A DNA stretch of 64,000 nt, taken from the NCBI GenBank assembly GCA_043804925.1, contig JAZDIP010000104.1, forward strand, positions 63,538-127,537. The letters are read 5' to 3'. The stretch comes from a bacterium. Lineage in GTDB: Bacteria; Bacteroidota; Ignavibacteria; Kapaibacteriales; UBA2268. The stretch's first letter is position 1. Each line of letters begins with the position of its first letter. Of this stretch, positions 1 through 8,216 are shown piece by piece. The notes below the pieces were generated by a model. That model did no database searches. It was not told the DNA's origin and saw only the letters and a list, made by a program, of their open reading frames with translations. The position numbers and the translations under genes are program-made.

Positions 1-530
1 GAACCGCCTCGGATATATAGTCCGCTCGAAATTTGAGAAGACGTCAATACTCCCGGAAGATACTGCAAAGACCTGAAAACATCTGCTTCCCCTCCTATCC
101 TGATTTCCTTAAGTTGTTGAACGGGTATATTGACTTTGCTAATGGATATTTCTCGTTTTTCATTTTCTCTTTCAACTTCTACAACAACTTCGTCTGTCAT
201 AACCAATGAGGATGTTAACTGAAAATCCTGACGGACAGAATGACCTTTAGGAAATTCTATTGTATCCTTTTTTTTGTCATAACCTATCGAAGAAATTTCA
301 ACAATATATTTGCCGGGTTTTATATTCATAATCGAGAAGAAACCCAATTTGTTTGTATATGCACCTTTCCTGACATCTTTGACATAGACTGACACACCAA
401 TTAATGTTTCTTTTGTTTTGGAATCCACTACATAACCGCTCAGTCCCGAAAGATTGGCATCTACAGGATTTGACTTACCTATGTAAAAAACAAAATATAA
501 CAGTAAATATATATAAAATATTTTTTTCAA
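1..530 (-). CDS. TonB-dependent receptor, N-terminal part (signal peptide, carboxypeptidase-regulatory-like domain and the start of the plug). Partial: continues beyond the left edge of the window.
   Basis: Minus-strand translation from the TTG at 530 reads MKKIFYIYLLLYFVFY...GYVVDSKTKETLIGVSVYVKD...GYDKKKDTIEF...IRIGGEADVFRSLQYLPGV...GLYIRGG. This is the typical N-terminus of a CarbopepD_reg-type TonB-dependent receptor. It is absent from the ORF track because it is open at the window edge. Confidence 0.7.
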   Translation of the reverse strand, partial: MKKIFYIYLLLYFVFYIGKSNPVDANLSGLSGYVVDSKTKETLIGVSVYVKDVRKGAYTNKLGFFSIMNIKPGKYIVEISSIGYDKKKDTIEFPKGHSVRQDFQLTSSLVMTDEVVVEVERENEKREISISKVNIPVQQLKEIRIGGEADVFRSLQYLPGVLTSSQISSGLYIRGG

Positions 531-672
531 ACAATTTTCTTAGATTAATTTTCAATAAATTGAATTGACAAGATTTATATACGGTAAAAATGATAAAATG
601 TTTTAATAAGTATAAAAATGCAGTTTATTTTTTTTAATCAGTACTCCAAGAAAATATAAGTAATGTAACATT

Positions 673-699
673 TGTCATTCCGAACGTAGTGAGGAATCC
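673..699. repeat. Copy of the dispersed short hairpin repeat family TGTCATTCC-N13-GGAATCC (REP-like).
   Basis: The sequence is tgtcattccgaacgtagtgaggaatcc, with inverted arms ATTCC/GGAAT. Related copies lie at 11237, 16800, 25009 and 48039, with a partial copy at 44795. Confidence 0.6.
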
Positions 700-789
700 A
701 GTATTCATACGGTTCCTGTTATTCTTTACTTTTCTTCCTTTCGCTCCGAGTGTCATTTCTATAGTTTCAATAAGTTTAAAAAATCCAGT

Positions 790-830
790 TACACAGAGTT
801 CCACGGAGGATTCACGGAGTTCCACAGAGA
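790..830. repeat. CACAGAG-type tandem word repeat (tacacagagttccacggaggattcacggagttccacagagaag).
   Basis: Repeated CACAGAG/CACGGAG words. The same repeat class flanks the GxxExxY gene at 28299-28843 and occurs in the 44861-45220 repeat island. Confidence 0.6.
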
Positions 831-865
831 AGAATTTGAAGGGAAGAATAATGTATTATTCCAAT

Positions 866-1078
866 TTATACCTTATCTTTCTTTTGCATTTCGGAAAAAA
901 TCTCGATTACCTTTTCCTTGAATTCAATCTCCATATCCATTCGGTTAAGCATTTTTTCCAATTCTTTAATTCGTTTAAGAAGTTCTTCTTCGGTAGAATC
1001 ATTATTCAATTCCATTTCATCAACCATCATATTTATATTTGTATTTTCTCTCATCATTCTACATTTTTCACTATTCAT
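866..1078 (-). CDS. Hypothetical small acidic coiled-coil protein (70 aa); may be spurious.
   Basis: ORF in an otherwise repeat-filled intergenic stretch with a charged, heptad-like sequence (EELLKRIKELEKMLNRMDMEIEFKEKVIEIF). No recognisable family. Confidence 0.2.
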   Translation of the reverse strand: MNSEKCRMMRENTNINMMVDEMELNNDSTEEELLKRIKELEKMLNRMDMEIEFKEKVIEIFSEMQKKDKV

Positions 1079-1251
1079 TTTTCATTATTCACTAAACCTC
1101 CCGCTTGTGCTTGCGTTGCGAACAGCAGAAGGGCTATGAATAAGAACGTTAATTTTGTTACTGTGTTCATTGTTGACTCCTTGTTTATTTTGAAATATTT
1201 TTGTTTTCATATTAATAATTTATAATGGTTATCAATTTTTCTAATTAAATT

Positions 1252-2310
1252 TTACCAGAAACCATATTCAAACATTACTAATTTCTTAGAAATATTATCT
1301 CCCATTTTAGTATCTTCTTCAATTATGTATAGTGGTAATTTTCCATTATACAATATTTGAATGTTTTCCCAATACCTTGCTTTATCATCGTTTTGTAATA
1401 TAATCTCAACATCTTCATAAAATTCACATGTTGTCCAATTTATTTGAACCAATCTATTATCTTGATCATATATGAATTTTCTAATTTCGTATCGTTGACC
1501 GAGATAATCATCTTCATTGTTAAACAATATTCTGTAAATCTTTCGCCCAGAAGAATCATAATGATTATATGCTATTCTTTCACCTTTCGGATGAAAAAGA
1601 AAATCAAAAATATTATTTTCGTGGAAATAAACAGAAACAATATCCATATTCTGATTTAATTCATAAGTATATGTGTAATCATCAGAAATTTCTCTGATTA
1701 AGTAAAATTTCGAATTATTTGAATAAAATTCATTTGTTTCAGAACTTGCATTCCAATAAAAGGAAGAATCATTTGAAGTTGAAAATTCAGAGTCATAGTA
1801 ATTAAAATTTCTTGTTTTGATAATTATTGGATCTCCAACTTTAGAATCTATACGTTTAATAATTATATAATGTTTAAAATTATCATCATATTTTTCCCAA
1901 ATTTCATCAATTGAGTCTAAAATTTTAATATCAATACGTTTTGTAATTCTATTATCTTTAAAATCATAATCAAATCTTTTCCAAAATTCATTATCGGATT
2001 CGCCACCAATTTTTGATAAACATCCCTCCGAATTGAAATATAATATTGATGATGGATATTTAATAGTATCTTCTATGGTTGGATATACTGAAACACGAGT
2101 ATATTTAATCCATTTAATTTTTAATTCATTCATTTCATTAAAAATTGAAAAAGGAACAAGTCCATAACTATCTAATAAATAGTAAATATCTGAATTATAA
2201 TAATAACATAATTTATAATTATTTTGATTTCCTTCTGACGCGATAATTTTGTCTGTATTGAGAATAAATACAAACAAAATTAATACAGATATTGTAAAAT
2301 ATAATTTCAT
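1252..2310 (-). CDS. Secreted hypothetical protein with YD-repeat-like beta-rich repeats. Sits 10 bp downstream of the RHS core/CT gene, where an immunity or partner gene would be expected.
   Basis: N-terminal signal peptide MKLYFTISVLILFVFILNTDKIIASEG. Repeats of the form Y.YD..G..I (YNHYDSSGRKIYRILF, FIYDQDNRLVQINW). Paralogous in style to 25141..25908 and 54265..55632. Confidence 0.6.
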   Translation of the reverse strand: MKLYFTISVLILFVFILNTDKIIASEGNQNNYKLCYYYNSDIYYLLDSYGLVPFSIFNEMNELKIKWIKYTRVSVYPTIEDTIKYPSSILYFNSEGCLSKIGGESDNEFWKRFDYDFKDNRITKRIDIKILDSIDEIWEKYDDNFKHYIIIKRIDSKVGDPIIIKTRNFNYYDSEFSTSNDSSFYWNASSETNEFYSNNSKFYLIREISDDYTYTYELNQNMDIVSVYFHENNIFDFLFHPKGERIAYNHYDSSGRKIYRILFNNEDDYLGQRYEIRKFIYDQDNRLVQINWTTCEFYEDVEIILQNDDKARYWENIQILYNGKLPLYIIEEDTKMGDNISKKLVMFEYGFW

Positions 2311-2319
2311 CGTTAATAA

Positions 2320-3843
2320 CTATTCGTTTGGTGGTATAATTGGCTGATAAATTGTTCCATTTTTATAATTTTGATTTTGTCTAACTCCTCTTATATAATC
2401 AATAGTCTTATCAGATACACCTGGACTTGAATTTGTAGGATTATTATTTTCAATTGCTGTTTCAAAAATATTATTATTAGTTTCGAAAGCATTATGATGT
2501 TCATCTGCCGAATTAATTTTTTTCGGATCAATTATATACCCTGAATATGGAATTTTGGATTGTATTGGTCCATAGCTATGGTAATGAAATTCATGAATAA
2601 CATTTGCAGCATTTCTACGAACATCACTGATTGAACTCAATTCATTAGCTGGATCATATATTTGGTCAAAGAAAAAATCACCTATAAAAGTTTGTGCTCC
2701 AGTGCCAGTACTAAAAATTACTACATCGTGTGTCTTTCCAGGTGCCAAAGCGACAGGTTGAGTATAACTTATTGTTGATGGCACTCTTTCGTATTGAGAA
2801 CTATTATACTTTGTAAGATCAAAAGTATTTGTATTTGGATCGTAAACTCGATAACCAGGTAATTTAACATTAGTCATGGTTCCTCCTGCAATTCCTGGAC
2901 CTAAATCTGCGGTAAAAACATATAAATGATTGTCGGGATTATTAATATAATAAGATATTGGATTTGCTGTTTGTATTTGAATATCAATATAATTTGCAAC
3001 ATCTAATGCCATATAAACATTTTGATTATTATTATACATAAATATATACTCTCCATTTTTATCTACAGCCCATATTGGTGAATTTCCAGCAAATTGATAT
3101 GGAGATAGCATAGGATAACTCTTAGTAAGAGGGTCAATACTCAAAAACCTCCCTACACGTGAATCATACATTCTTGCACCGAAGTCGAGCGAGTTTCCTT
3201 CTCCCTTTAATTTGTCGTCTTTTTCCATACCGTTGAATCCGAATCGGTAGCTTTCGCCGCTGTAAAACAATCCGGGTTGCAACATTCCGAAAGGATAATA
3301 ATTGCTGATTGCTACAAGGTCTGCATCGAATGGCTTCTTTGTTGCTCTTGGAGTGTCGTTGTCGTTGAATAGGTAATAATCCGAGAGCGGGTCAAATACA
3401 TTCGACAGCTTTAAGTCGGTGAACACTACCCTGACATTGCCCAAATGGTCTTTTAGCTCGTAATTTTTGAATCTCAATCTTCTTTCCTCAATATCGCTGT
3501 AAAGCTGGATTTGAGGATTCAAGTAATATACGGTATTCTGCGATTTACGTATGCAAAAACGTCCATGGCTTCCCGAACCGTAAATATGCCACTCACTCAA
3601 AGAAGGCATCCTTGCAGCACCTCCACCGTTAAGCCAATCCATCAGGTCGTCCAAATCATCGCCTTCGGGTAAAGTCCAAGTCATATATGGTCCCGTTTCG
3701 GAACTGGAATGAGTAGAAAAAATATTGTCTATTGAAGCAACAGCCGTATTAATATTATCATCAGGAACGGGTTTATCCGGTTGATTCCACTGGTACCATC
3801 CGTCATCCAAAATATTTTCCCTATACAATTCATAAATCGCCAT
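2320..3843 (-). CDS. RHS repeat-associated core domain protein with a ~270-aa C-terminal domain of unknown family (putative polymorphic-toxin CT). An orphan module lacking the long YD-repeat shell.
   Basis: One terminal YD repeat, then the Rhs core block ELKDHLGNVRVVF..YYPFGM..YRFGFNGMEKDDKLKGEGNSLDFGARMYDSRVGRFLSIDPL..YQFAGNSPIWAVDKNGE, then a C-terminal region with no known motif. The gene upstream is a dCMP deaminase, not an rhs body. Confidence 0.7.
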   Translation of the reverse strand: MAIYELYRENILDDGWYQWNQPDKPVPDDNINTAVASIDNIFSTHSSSETGPYMTWTLPEGDDLDDLMDWLNGGGAARMPSLSEWHIYGSGSHGRFCIRKSQNTVYYLNPQIQLYSDIEERRLRFKNYELKDHLGNVRVVFTDLKLSNVFDPLSDYYLFNDNDTPRATKKPFDADLVAISNYYPFGMLQPGLFYSGESYRFGFNGMEKDDKLKGEGNSLDFGARMYDSRVGRFLSIDPLTKSYPMLSPYQFAGNSPIWAVDKNGEYIFMYNNNQNVYMALDVANYIDIQIQTANPISYYINNPDNHLYVFTADLGPGIAGGTMTNVKLPGYRVYDPNTNTFDLTKYNSSQYERVPSTISYTQPVALAPGKTHDVVIFSTGTGAQTFIGDFFFDQIYDPANELSSISDVRRNAANVIHEFHYHSYGPIQSKIPYSGYIIDPKKINSADEHHNAFETNNNIFETAIENNNPTNSSPGVSDKTIDYIRGVRQNQNYKNGTIYQPIIPPNE

Positions 3844-3880
3844 AATTTTCCCGTTAGCATCTCTTGAATAATAAGTAATT

Positions 3881-3943
3881 TTACATTCTACATTTTACAT
3901 TATTTCCAAAACCCTATACCCAATACCCTAAACCCTATTCAAA
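3881..3943. repeat. Heptamer word-repeat spacer: the reverse complement of (AATGTAR)n followed by CCCTAWA-like words.
   Basis: The sequence is ttacattctacattttacattatttcc aaaaccctatacccaatacccta aaccctatt. It belongs to the same word family as 14198-14326 and 45121-45163. Confidence 0.6.
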
Positions 3944-4482
3944 GAAACCGCTCCTGCTTCATGTATAATCCCATTCATATAAATTTCGGGAATGACAATC
4001 TCACAGGTAATGAAATTAAGTGTAATACCTGCTTCAACAAACATTTCCTTTGTCCGGTTGTAAGATTCAAGCCATTTACCATTTGTATGCTTGTCGTAAA
4101 AATCCTGTCCGTCTTGATGGATTACCACTTCCGAAATTCCGCATTGGATAATAGCCCTGGCACAATCGGTGCAGGGCATCCATGGTACATATAGTTTGCA
4201 TTCTTTGAGCATGATTCCACGTCTTGCAGCATTGTATATGGCATTTCTTTCGGCATGTTCCATCCAAAAGTATTTTTCTCCACCTTCACGCGAAAGCCGC
4301 TTTTGCTCGTCATCAATTTCAATTCCTCTCGGCAAAGAATTATATCCAGTCGAAACGAGTATATTATCGTGGTCAACAATAACGGAGCCTACATGTGTGT
4401 GTCCGTCCTTGCTTCTCATTCCAACGAGGTAGCACATAGTAATATATAGTTGGTCCCAGTCCGGTCTTTTTATTTCGTTCAT
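3928..4482 (-). CDS. dCMP (deoxycytidylate) deaminase, zinc-dependent cytidine/deoxycytidylate deaminase family.
   Basis: HAERNAI and PCTDCARAI zinc-binding motifs (H-A-E ... P-C-x2-C), length 184 aa. Confidence 0.8.
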   Translation of the reverse strand: MNEIKRPDWDQLYITMCYLVGMRSKDGHTHVGSVIVDHDNILVSTGYNSLPRGIEIDDEQKRLSREGGEKYFWMEHAERNAIYNAARRGIMLKECKLYVPWMPCTDCARAIIQCGISEVVIHQDGQDFYDKHTNGKWLESYNRTKEMFVEAGITLNFITCEIVIPEIYMNGIIHEAGAVSLNRV

Positions 4483-4554
4483 ATTAAAAAATTAATAATT
4501 GAAACATACGTCAAAATCAAAAATAACTATTATTTAAATATATGGATTGTAAAT

Positions 4555-5430
4555 ATGAAAAAAATTATCCTGATTTTATCTTTTGCAATTTCTGCATTGC
4601 TTATTTCATGCGTGTCAGCAGGAAAATATGATGAAATGGTTTACAGCCGTGATTCCTTGCAGATTCTTTACGATTCTGCCGAAAAAGTCATTGAACAAAA
4701 TAATATCCGTATTGACCAGCAAGAAAAATTGATTGCCGACCTTGAAAAACGATTACGTGATATGGAAGTGGATTTATTTAACACAAAAGATAATTATGCC
4801 AAATTAAAAGAAAATAGCTCAACAAATACCCGCGATATGATGGATAACATCGAAAAACTTCAAAGAACCATTGCCGACAAGCAAAGAGAAATGCTGGAGT
4901 TTCAGGACAAGTATAACCAAATCCAAAGCAAACTCAAAGCCCGTGAAGAAGCAATGGATAAGCTACGCAATAAGCTTCAAAAAGCATTACTTGGCTTCGC
5001 AGACAAAGGTATGACAGTATCTATTCAAAATGGGAAAGTTTATGTCTCGCTGTCTAATCAGTTGCTTTTTAGCACCGGCTCAACGGATATTGACCAAAAA
5101 GGCAAGGAAGCACTTCTCGAACTTGCAAAAGTGCTGAATGAACAACCGGATATTAATATTTTAGTCGAAGGGCATACTGATAACCAGCAGATTCGTCCCG
5201 GAGGCAGATTTAAAGACAATTGGGATTTAAGCGTTATGCGTTCTACGGAAGTCATTCGCTATCTTACTCAAGAAGGACAGGTTGACCCATTGAGAATAAC
5301 ATCTTCAGGCAAAGGCGAATACTATCCAATCGAAAAAGGTGATACTCCTGAAATTCGTGCTGTTAACAGAAGAACTGAAATAATATTAAGTCCTAAACTT
5401 GAAGAATTGCTTGATATAATTAATGAATAA
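4555..5430 (+). CDS. OmpA-family lipoprotein with a central coiled-coil region and a C-terminal OmpA/MotB peptidoglycan-binding domain.
   Basis: Lipoprotein signal MKKIILILSFAISALLISC. Long coiled coil, then C-terminal NILVEGHTDNQ...NWDLSVMRSTEVIRYL...NRRTEIIL. The ATG at 4555 is preferred over the ORF-track alternative start at 4450. Confidence 0.8.
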   Translation: MKKIILILSFAISALLISCVSAGKYDEMVYSRDSLQILYDSAEKVIEQNNIRIDQQEKLIADLEKRLRDMEVDLFNTKDNYAKLKENSSTNTRDMMDNIEKLQRTIADKQREMLEFQDKYNQIQSKLKAREEAMDKLRNKLQKALLGFADKGMTVSIQNGKVYVSLSNQLLFSTGSTDIDQKGKEALLELAKVLNEQPDINILVEGHTDNQQIRPGGRFKDNWDLSVMRSTEVIRYLTQEGQVDPLRITSSGKGEYYPIEKGDTPEIRAVNRRTEIILSPKLEELLDIINE

Positions 5431-5691
5431 AAAACCAAGAACTTACTTCGATGTGATAACCAAAATTGCCGCTAGTTTTTTTGAGCTCAATTAATAATAA
5501 TGTTATTAATAAAAGATTCTCCCGGGAAAAAACACAATTTATACAATTCTTTAAAGATTATTGTTGATTGTCTTAAATTTATTTTAATTAATTGCTTTTT
5601 TGTTTTAAAATATGTAATTTGATTTTATGAACAATTGCAATTTGTGTATGAATTAAATAGGTTTTATTCAATTATATTTTCGAGGTAATAT

Positions 5692-6102
5692 ATGATACTT
5701 TCTAATCGTATAGGTTTTTTTTCAAAATTATTTGCAATTATTATATCTTTATTGATTTTTATTCAACCGTTAGCGGCACAAGAGCCGGATACCGATAAAG
5801 ATAAAAAAGTGGACTATTCCCAGGTTTGCGACCAAGCTAAAAAAGATGCCGCAGATGACGAAGGTTCGGCTTTGGGCTATGGAGCCGGTGGTTTTCTTTG
5901 TGGTATTTTTGGTTGGTTGTTTGCTGAATTAAGTAGCCCCAGAGCTCCCAGTGCAAAATTTATCGGGAAAGATGCAACTTATGCCAAGGCATATAGTTCT
6001 TGTTACGAGAAAAAAGCTAAAAGCATAAGACGTACTTCTGCTTGTGTCGGATGGGCAATAGGTTCAACTCTGTCACTTGTTCTCATCTATGGAGGTCAAT
6101 AG
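5692..6102 (+). CDS. Small secreted/membrane protein with a glycine-zipper transmembrane segment and conserved cysteines. First gene of the 5-gene envelope operon.
   Basis: Signal peptide; GYGAGGFLCGIFGWLF GxxxG-rich helix; an RBS-like gaggtaatat precedes the ATG. Confidence 0.5.
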   Translation: MILSNRIGFFSKLFAIIISLLIFIQPLAAQEPDTDKDKKVDYSQVCDQAKKDAADDEGSALGYGAGGFLCGIFGWLFAELSSPRAPSAKFIGKDATYAKAYSSCYEKKAKSIRRTSACVGWAIGSTLSLVLIYGGQ

Positions 6103-6142
6103 TTAGTTGCTTAATTCAAAAACAATTAACTTTAATATTATA

Positions 6143-6883
6143 ATGGCACTGAAAGTTAAAACACTAAAGATAATAACAATTCTATTGTTTTTTAGTGTTT
6201 TAACTTTTAAAGTTTTTTCCGAAAGCAATCAATTTGTTCCTTTTCAAACCTTTTCAGCGGATTTCCAACGGGAGACTATTGAAAATGGCGAATTACTTTT
6301 TACAACAGGAAAAATTTTTTTTTACAAGCCGTACAATGTCTTTATAGATGTGAGTGAACCGCTTAATCAAAAGATGCTCATTGATAGTAACCTTATGCTG
6401 ATTTACTACCCTGATGAAAATAAGGGTTTAAAAATCTCCTCCCAGGAGCCGCTTGCATTACCTATACTTTCTCCTTTTTTTTCGTCAACAAAAAGTGATT
6501 TCGGATTATCAATAATTGGATATTCTATTAAAGATTATTCTATGAATTCAGATACATTATCAACTAAGTGGTCAATTCCTGATCAAATTGATGATAATTC
6601 TTACTTCTTTGAAATAAAAACCGTAAATAATAGGATTATTGAAGTTCTTGTCTCAAAAGCAAAAAAAAACCTTTTAATTAAAAGGATGATTTTTAGTACT
6701 TATGTAGAATTGAGTAAAGAACTTTGGATTCCACAGGAACTGGTGATTTATGATAATGAAAATGCTGGGCAGATTGTTGAAAGCATAGCTTTAAAAAATA
6801 TTATGCTCGATATTGAATTGCCTGATTCGATATTGAAATTCATTATTCCTGAAAATGCCGAAACCGAGGAAATTCAATGGTAA
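6143..6883 (+). CDS. LolA-like (outer-membrane lipoprotein carrier/sorting fold) secreted protein.
   Basis: Signal peptide MALKVKTLKIITILLFFSVLTF. FQTFSADFQRETIENGELLFTTGKIFFYKPYNVFIDV..LMLIYYPDENKGL resembles the LolA/LppX-like half-barrel signature. The ORF-track start at 6107 is a TTG; the ATG at 6143 is more likely. Confidence 0.5.
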   Translation: MALKVKTLKIITILLFFSVLTFKVFSESNQFVPFQTFSADFQRETIENGELLFTTGKIFFYKPYNVFIDVSEPLNQKMLIDSNLMLIYYPDENKGLKISSQEPLALPILSPFFSSTKSDFGLSIIGYSIKDYSMNSDTLSTKWSIPDQIDDNSYFFEIKTVNNRIIEVLVSKAKKNLLIKRMIFSTYVELSKELWIPQELVIYDNENAGQIVESIALKNIMLDIELPDSILKFIIPENAETEEIQW

Positions 6884-7332
6884 CGAAAATATTATATTAC
6901 CCAAAATTTTATGCCGGCTATTTATCAATATTTATCACCATTTTGATACTTTTATTTTTTTCTTCTCATCTTAAAGCAGATGACAATTTAGATTTTTTAT
7001 TAAGATGCTATGATAGTAGTGCTGTTAATTTGTCAATAAATGATACATCACAAAAATTGTATGCATACAATCCTCTTAGCTTTTTAGGATTGGGATTAAT
7101 ACGATTCTACCAGAATTTTTTGTCAACTCAGGATGAGCCGGTTTGTAATTTTACTCTTAGTTGTTCTGCTTTTGGAGTAGAAGCTATTAAAAATAGGGGA
7201 TTCTTCTACGGTATTCTATTAACTGCCGACAGATTAACTCGTTGTAATAGTTTGACTAAATACGAATATCATATTGATAGGTACAGCGATAGAGCCATTG
7301 ATAATGTTCCAATATACTATTTTAACAAATGA
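6877..7332 (+). CDS. YidD-like (PF01809 haemolytic domain / membrane protein insertion efficiency factor family) paralog with an extra ~60-aa N-terminal signal/TM extension.
   Basis: GLGLIRFYQNFLSTQDEPVCNFTLSCSAFGVEAIKNRGFFYGILLTADRLTRCN matches the YidD core LIRFYQ.FIS...C.F.P.CS.Y..EAI...G...G..L...R..RC. It overlaps the upstream gene by 7 bp and has a GAGGA RBS. Confidence 0.65.
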   Translation: MVTKILYYPKFYAGYLSIFITILILLFFSSHLKADDNLDFLLRCYDSSAVNLSINDTSQKLYAYNPLSFLGLGLIRFYQNFLSTQDEPVCNFTLSCSAFGVEAIKNRGFFYGILLTADRLTRCNSLTKYEYHIDRYSDRAIDNVPIYYFNK

Positions 7333-8216
7333 ATCATCTGCAAAATATTGTCATCTGGTTTTTCGTGCTTGTTTTAGGATATAATTTAACAGCTCAGGAA
7401 AAAGATATTGATTTTAACTCTGATGAAAATATATTAAAGTTTGCAAACTTTTTATTTGATTCCGGAGAGTTCTACCGTGCAGCAAATGAATACGAAAGGT
7501 TTCTTTTTATAAAGGATAATAGGATTGACAGTATCGAGTACCGAATCGGTCTTTGTAATTTTTTCGATGACAAATTGGAAAAATCAATATCCAATTTTAA
7601 AAATACTATTGATAAGTCAGACGATTTTTCGATTAAAGTTCTTGCATTATTTCATAGTGTTTATGCATTAAACAAATTAAATCTGATTGATCAATCGGTT
7701 CTTTTTTATAATAACAACAGGGCAACAATATTTAAAGAAAGAAAACCGGACACAAGATTTGATATTTTGCTTGCATCAAATAATTTACTATTAAAAAACT
7801 GGGACCTAAGCAGAATTTTGATAAATAACTTTCCCGATAAAGGTGATTACTCAAAAGAAAAAGTTATCCTAAATAAGTTACTTGAAAAGGGTATTGATTT
7901 AAAGGAAAAAAATCCTTATCTGGCTGCAGGGCTGTCAACTATTATACCCGGATTAGGAAAAGTATATACAGGAAAAACTATTGACGGACTTTTTACTTTT
8001 CTGCTTCTCGGTTTCACGACCTGGCAGGCGTATGACGGATTTGCCGATGACGGAACAGCTTCAATTAAAGGGTGGCTTTTTTCAGGGATTGGTACTGTAT
8101 TTTATTTAGGAAATATTTATGGTTCATATATTGCGGTAAAAATAAAGAATAAAGAAATGTTTGATGAGTATAATACACAAATACATATTGAGCTTCGTAA
8201 GATTTTCGGCTATTAG
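7329..8216 (+). CDS. Secreted TPR-like protein with a C-terminal membrane segment carrying a PGLGKVYTG motif (DUF5683-like by recollection).
   Basis: Signal peptide; TPR-like helical repeats; C-terminal LSTIIPGLGKVYTGKTIDGLFTFLLLGF. 4-bp overlap with the upstream gene. Confidence 0.6.
   Translation: MNHLQNIVIWFFVLVLGYNLTAQEKDIDFNSDENILKFANFLFDSGEFYRAANEYERFLFIKDNRIDSIEYRIGLCNFFDDKLEKSISNFKNTIDKSDDFSIKVLALFHSVYALNKLNLIDQSVLFYNNNRATIFKERKPDTRFDILLASNNLLLKNWDLSRILINNFPDKGDYSKEKVILNKLLEKGIDLKEKNPYLAAGLSTIIPGLGKVYTGKTIDGLFTFLLLGFTTWQAYDGFADDGTASIKGWLFSGIGTVFYLGNIYGSYIAVKIKNKEMFDEYNTQIHIELRKIFGY

Noticed and set aside
634-1225. ORF-track ORFs 634..825 (-), 689..1225 (+) and 918..1139 (+) overlapping the hairpin and CACAGAG repeats
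   Set aside because: They read through low-complexity repeat DNA and have no protein-like composition or motifs; most likely non-coding.
2320-3843. HEFHYH in the RHS C-terminal domain as a metallopeptidase HExxH motif
   Set aside because: The spacing is H-E-F-H-Y-H, not HExxH, and the context lacks a downstream third ligand. This is insufficient to call a zincin.
4450-4554. Long N-terminal extension of the OmpA-family gene from the ORF-track start at 4450
   Set aside because: The extension overlaps the divergent dCMP deaminase start region and lacks an RBS. The ATG at 4555 gives a clean lipoprotein signal.
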